In this document: piece by piece, positions 61,671-64,000 of the stretch | Numbering within the stretch: the first letter of the stretch is position 1 | How the letters are laid out: every line of letters begins with the position of its first letter | Origin: Mobula hypostoma | Lineage: Eukaryota | Direction of reading: 5' to 3' | DNA length: 64,000 nucleotides | Assembly: GCF_963921235.1 (NCBI RefSeq) | Contig: NC_086097.1 | Location: forward strand, 89,902,001 to 89,966,000 | Notes under the pieces: model-generated | Seen by the model: the letters and a program-made list of their open reading frames with translations, nothing else | Told to the model about the DNA's origin: nothing | Database searches by the model: none | Made by a program: the position numbers and the translations under genes

Positions 61671-63802
61671 GGCCTGAAACCTATGGGGACCTGAAGTTGC
61701 ACACACCCCTAGGCCTGCAAATTCTTATGAGGGCTGAACTTGAGCTGTGTGTACAGGAGGAAGGGGAAAGTTGAGCTGAGGTAACAATTCCACAGGTCAC
61801 TCCTTCCACCCTCTACCTTCCTGTTCGTGACAGAATCCGAGAACCTAAACTTCTTCCTCAACATCACCCTCTTCACTTCTGTAACTTCTCCCGACCCCAA
61901 CTCGGACACCCTGTTCAGCTGTCTGTCGTTGCACACTGGTTAATCCATTTCCCTTATCCCATCTCTTACTTTTGCACTGACAATCTCACTTAGACAGATT
62001 TCAGCAACGTATTTTTGGAGAAATATCAAATAACCACAAATGTAATTGCAATACACAAGCTTCTAATGTTGCCGAATCTGTTTTAATTACCTAAAATAGA
62101 ATTAAAAACCCTCTTGCAGGTGATGGAAGTGTTTTTGTGCAGTTAATCCAAGCATAATTGGCTTTTGCACTTTACTCTTATGTAGTACAACACAGCTGAA
62201 GTTTATAAATGCAAGTCTGTCTTTCGTCCATCCAATCTTTCTTCTGTTCCCCAGTGTGAGGTGCTGTCCAGTGTCCCGGTCCACAAGTTTATTCTCATGC
62301 GGGAATTTGGAGAGTGGTTTTTAAACCAGCAAGGCATAGGAAGGAACACCACTGGCCACAGATTTATGGATCACTTTCTTGCTGCCCCAGGAGTGGCGTC
62401 ATTTATCAATGATCTTTTTTTTTCCGGCAATCCATTCCAATTTGTGAAATCGACACTATTTTCGCAGGGGTGATTAGTTAAACATGGATCTGTAATGTTG
62501 CTCACTCTCACATTGTCTGGTGAATCTCGAGTAAAAAGCAAAGGAGCAGCCCAGGGCATCCTCTTCTACGAAGTAACAGTGGGAAACAATAAAATGGAAG
62601 ATGCTGCCAGCTGCAGGGAAGGTTGGGCCAGGGTAAATGCAGTGAATGACTGTCTTTGCAGTGTATGAAACTGAAAAATACTGCAGATGTTGGAAGACTG
62701 AAATCAAAGCATAAAATGCCGGAGACAGTCAGCAAATCAGGGAGCATCGAGGGAGAAACAGGGTCAATGTTTTAGGTTGGAAGTTGGAGAGCTTTTCTCA
62801 GTCTCTGTTCCATTCTGTTTACCACAAATGCTGCCTGACTGGCTGAATGTTTCCAGCATTTTTCTGGCTCTTATTACAGCGGAGGCCTGCTGGTAATTAC
62901 CACACTCACCCTGCTGGAGGATGTGAGAAGGTTGTCCTTAATACAGTGGATGAGGGAAGGTCACTGATTATCTCTGAAGGTGACAAATCACACTAGGGGC
63001 AACTCAATCCAGTGTGGATATTTCCAAAACTTCAAGGCCAATGGGCAACTATCTATCTCTTGTCCGACGATCATTCTCTTCGCCCCCTACTGTGTTTTAA
63101 CCTGCCCGAAACTGTGGAGATGAGTTATTTTCTGTTTCTGCTAACCCATTATCTTTTTTTCTTTGTACCTGTTTCTGACTCTTTCTGTTTGTGTGTGCCA
63201 CTGTCTCTGTTTCTCCACGCACCTGTCTCTGTGTTACTAATTCTATCCCTCTGCATCTGTTTCTGTATGCTGTACAGCGTGTTCTTCTAACTGTTCCTGC
63301 CTGTCTCTTCTTTATTCTTTATTGTTCTTATATTACTCTTCCTGTATCTACACTTTTTTCTGGGTTTCTGCTTATGTGGCTCTTTCATCATGTTTGTTTT
63401 TCTCTCTCTCTACTAATACTTACCTGTGACTCCATTTCTCTTCATCTTTCCTTGCCTCTCATTCTACCACTGCCAAAAAATATCATACATGCTAGAAATC
63501 TGAAACAGAAACAGTGAATGCCATAAATATTCAACTGGCCAGGCAGTATCTCTGGAGAGCGGAATGCAGCTGACTTCTCAGATCATTGATTAGTGTTGCA
63601 CATTTCTATGGCTGGAAGCAGAATAAACTTGAGGTATGACACTGATCCGTGTACTTATCTAAGTTTAGCCACATAGCAATCTCTGGGGATCAGTCCTTAA
63701 TTCAACAACTTCACATACAATGCCTATAAAAAGTATTCAGCCCCCTTGGAAGTATTCATATTTTATTTGTTTTACAACATTGAATCACAGTGGATTTAAG
63801 TT

Positions 63803-64000
63803 TTAAGCTTTAAGTTCCTCGGGGTCAATATCACAAATGACCTGACTTGGTCCAACCAAGCAGAGTCCACTGCCAAGAACACCCACCAGAGCCTTTACTT
63901 CCTGAGAAAGCTAAAGAAATTTGGCCCTCACTCACTAATTTTTATAGATGCACCGTAGAAAGCATTCTTCTAGGGTGCATCACAACCTGGTATGGAAGTT
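63803..64000 (+). mobile_element. Rex1/Babar-type LINE fragment running off the window
   Basis: FKFLGVNITNDLTWS...LYFLRKLKKF...FYRCTVESILLGCITTWYG. Confidence 0.8.

Noticed and set aside
63012..63517. Leu/Phe/Ser/Cys-rich ORFs
   Set aside because: By-products of CT-rich low-complexity sequence.
1..64000. Prokaryotic-type systems (CRISPR arrays, operons, retrons)
   Set aside because: The sequence is intron- and TE-rich vertebrate DNA. I saw no regular repeat-spacer array, and all RT fragments belong to LINE or Penelope elements.

Overview
Repeat-dense vertebrate genomic DNA; the repeat families (CR1, Rex1/Babar, Penelope, V-/Deu-type SINEs, Tc1, Tigger, hAT, Harbinger) suggest a cartilaginous fish, probably a ray (inference). 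The only host gene I can support is a minus-strand BMF-like BH3-only gene. It has two phase-compatible coding exons, 56338-56632 (DLC-binding DRGTQT motif) and 31716-31900 (BH3 IGQKLRQIGDQF), separated by a 24.4 kb intron. Its terminal exon is uncertain. Most of the rest is transposon-derived. Best observations: (1) a 216-bp chimeric retro-insertion joining a ZFTRAF1/CYHR1 exon-1-like fragment to an RTE-like 3' end, flanked by an 11-bp direct repeat; (2) a pre-miRNA-sized 25-bp hairpin in the BMF intron, apparently formed by local inversion inside a Deu-type SINE; (3) minimal hammerhead ribozyme motifs in Penelope terminal repeats; (4) a five-level nested transposon stack at 7.9-18.2 kb with readable junctions; (5) a fossil Harbinger transposase and Myb-like partner that may bracket that stack. 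Family names come from motif recognition by eye, not database searches. Boundaries without a stated TSD or TIR are approximate.
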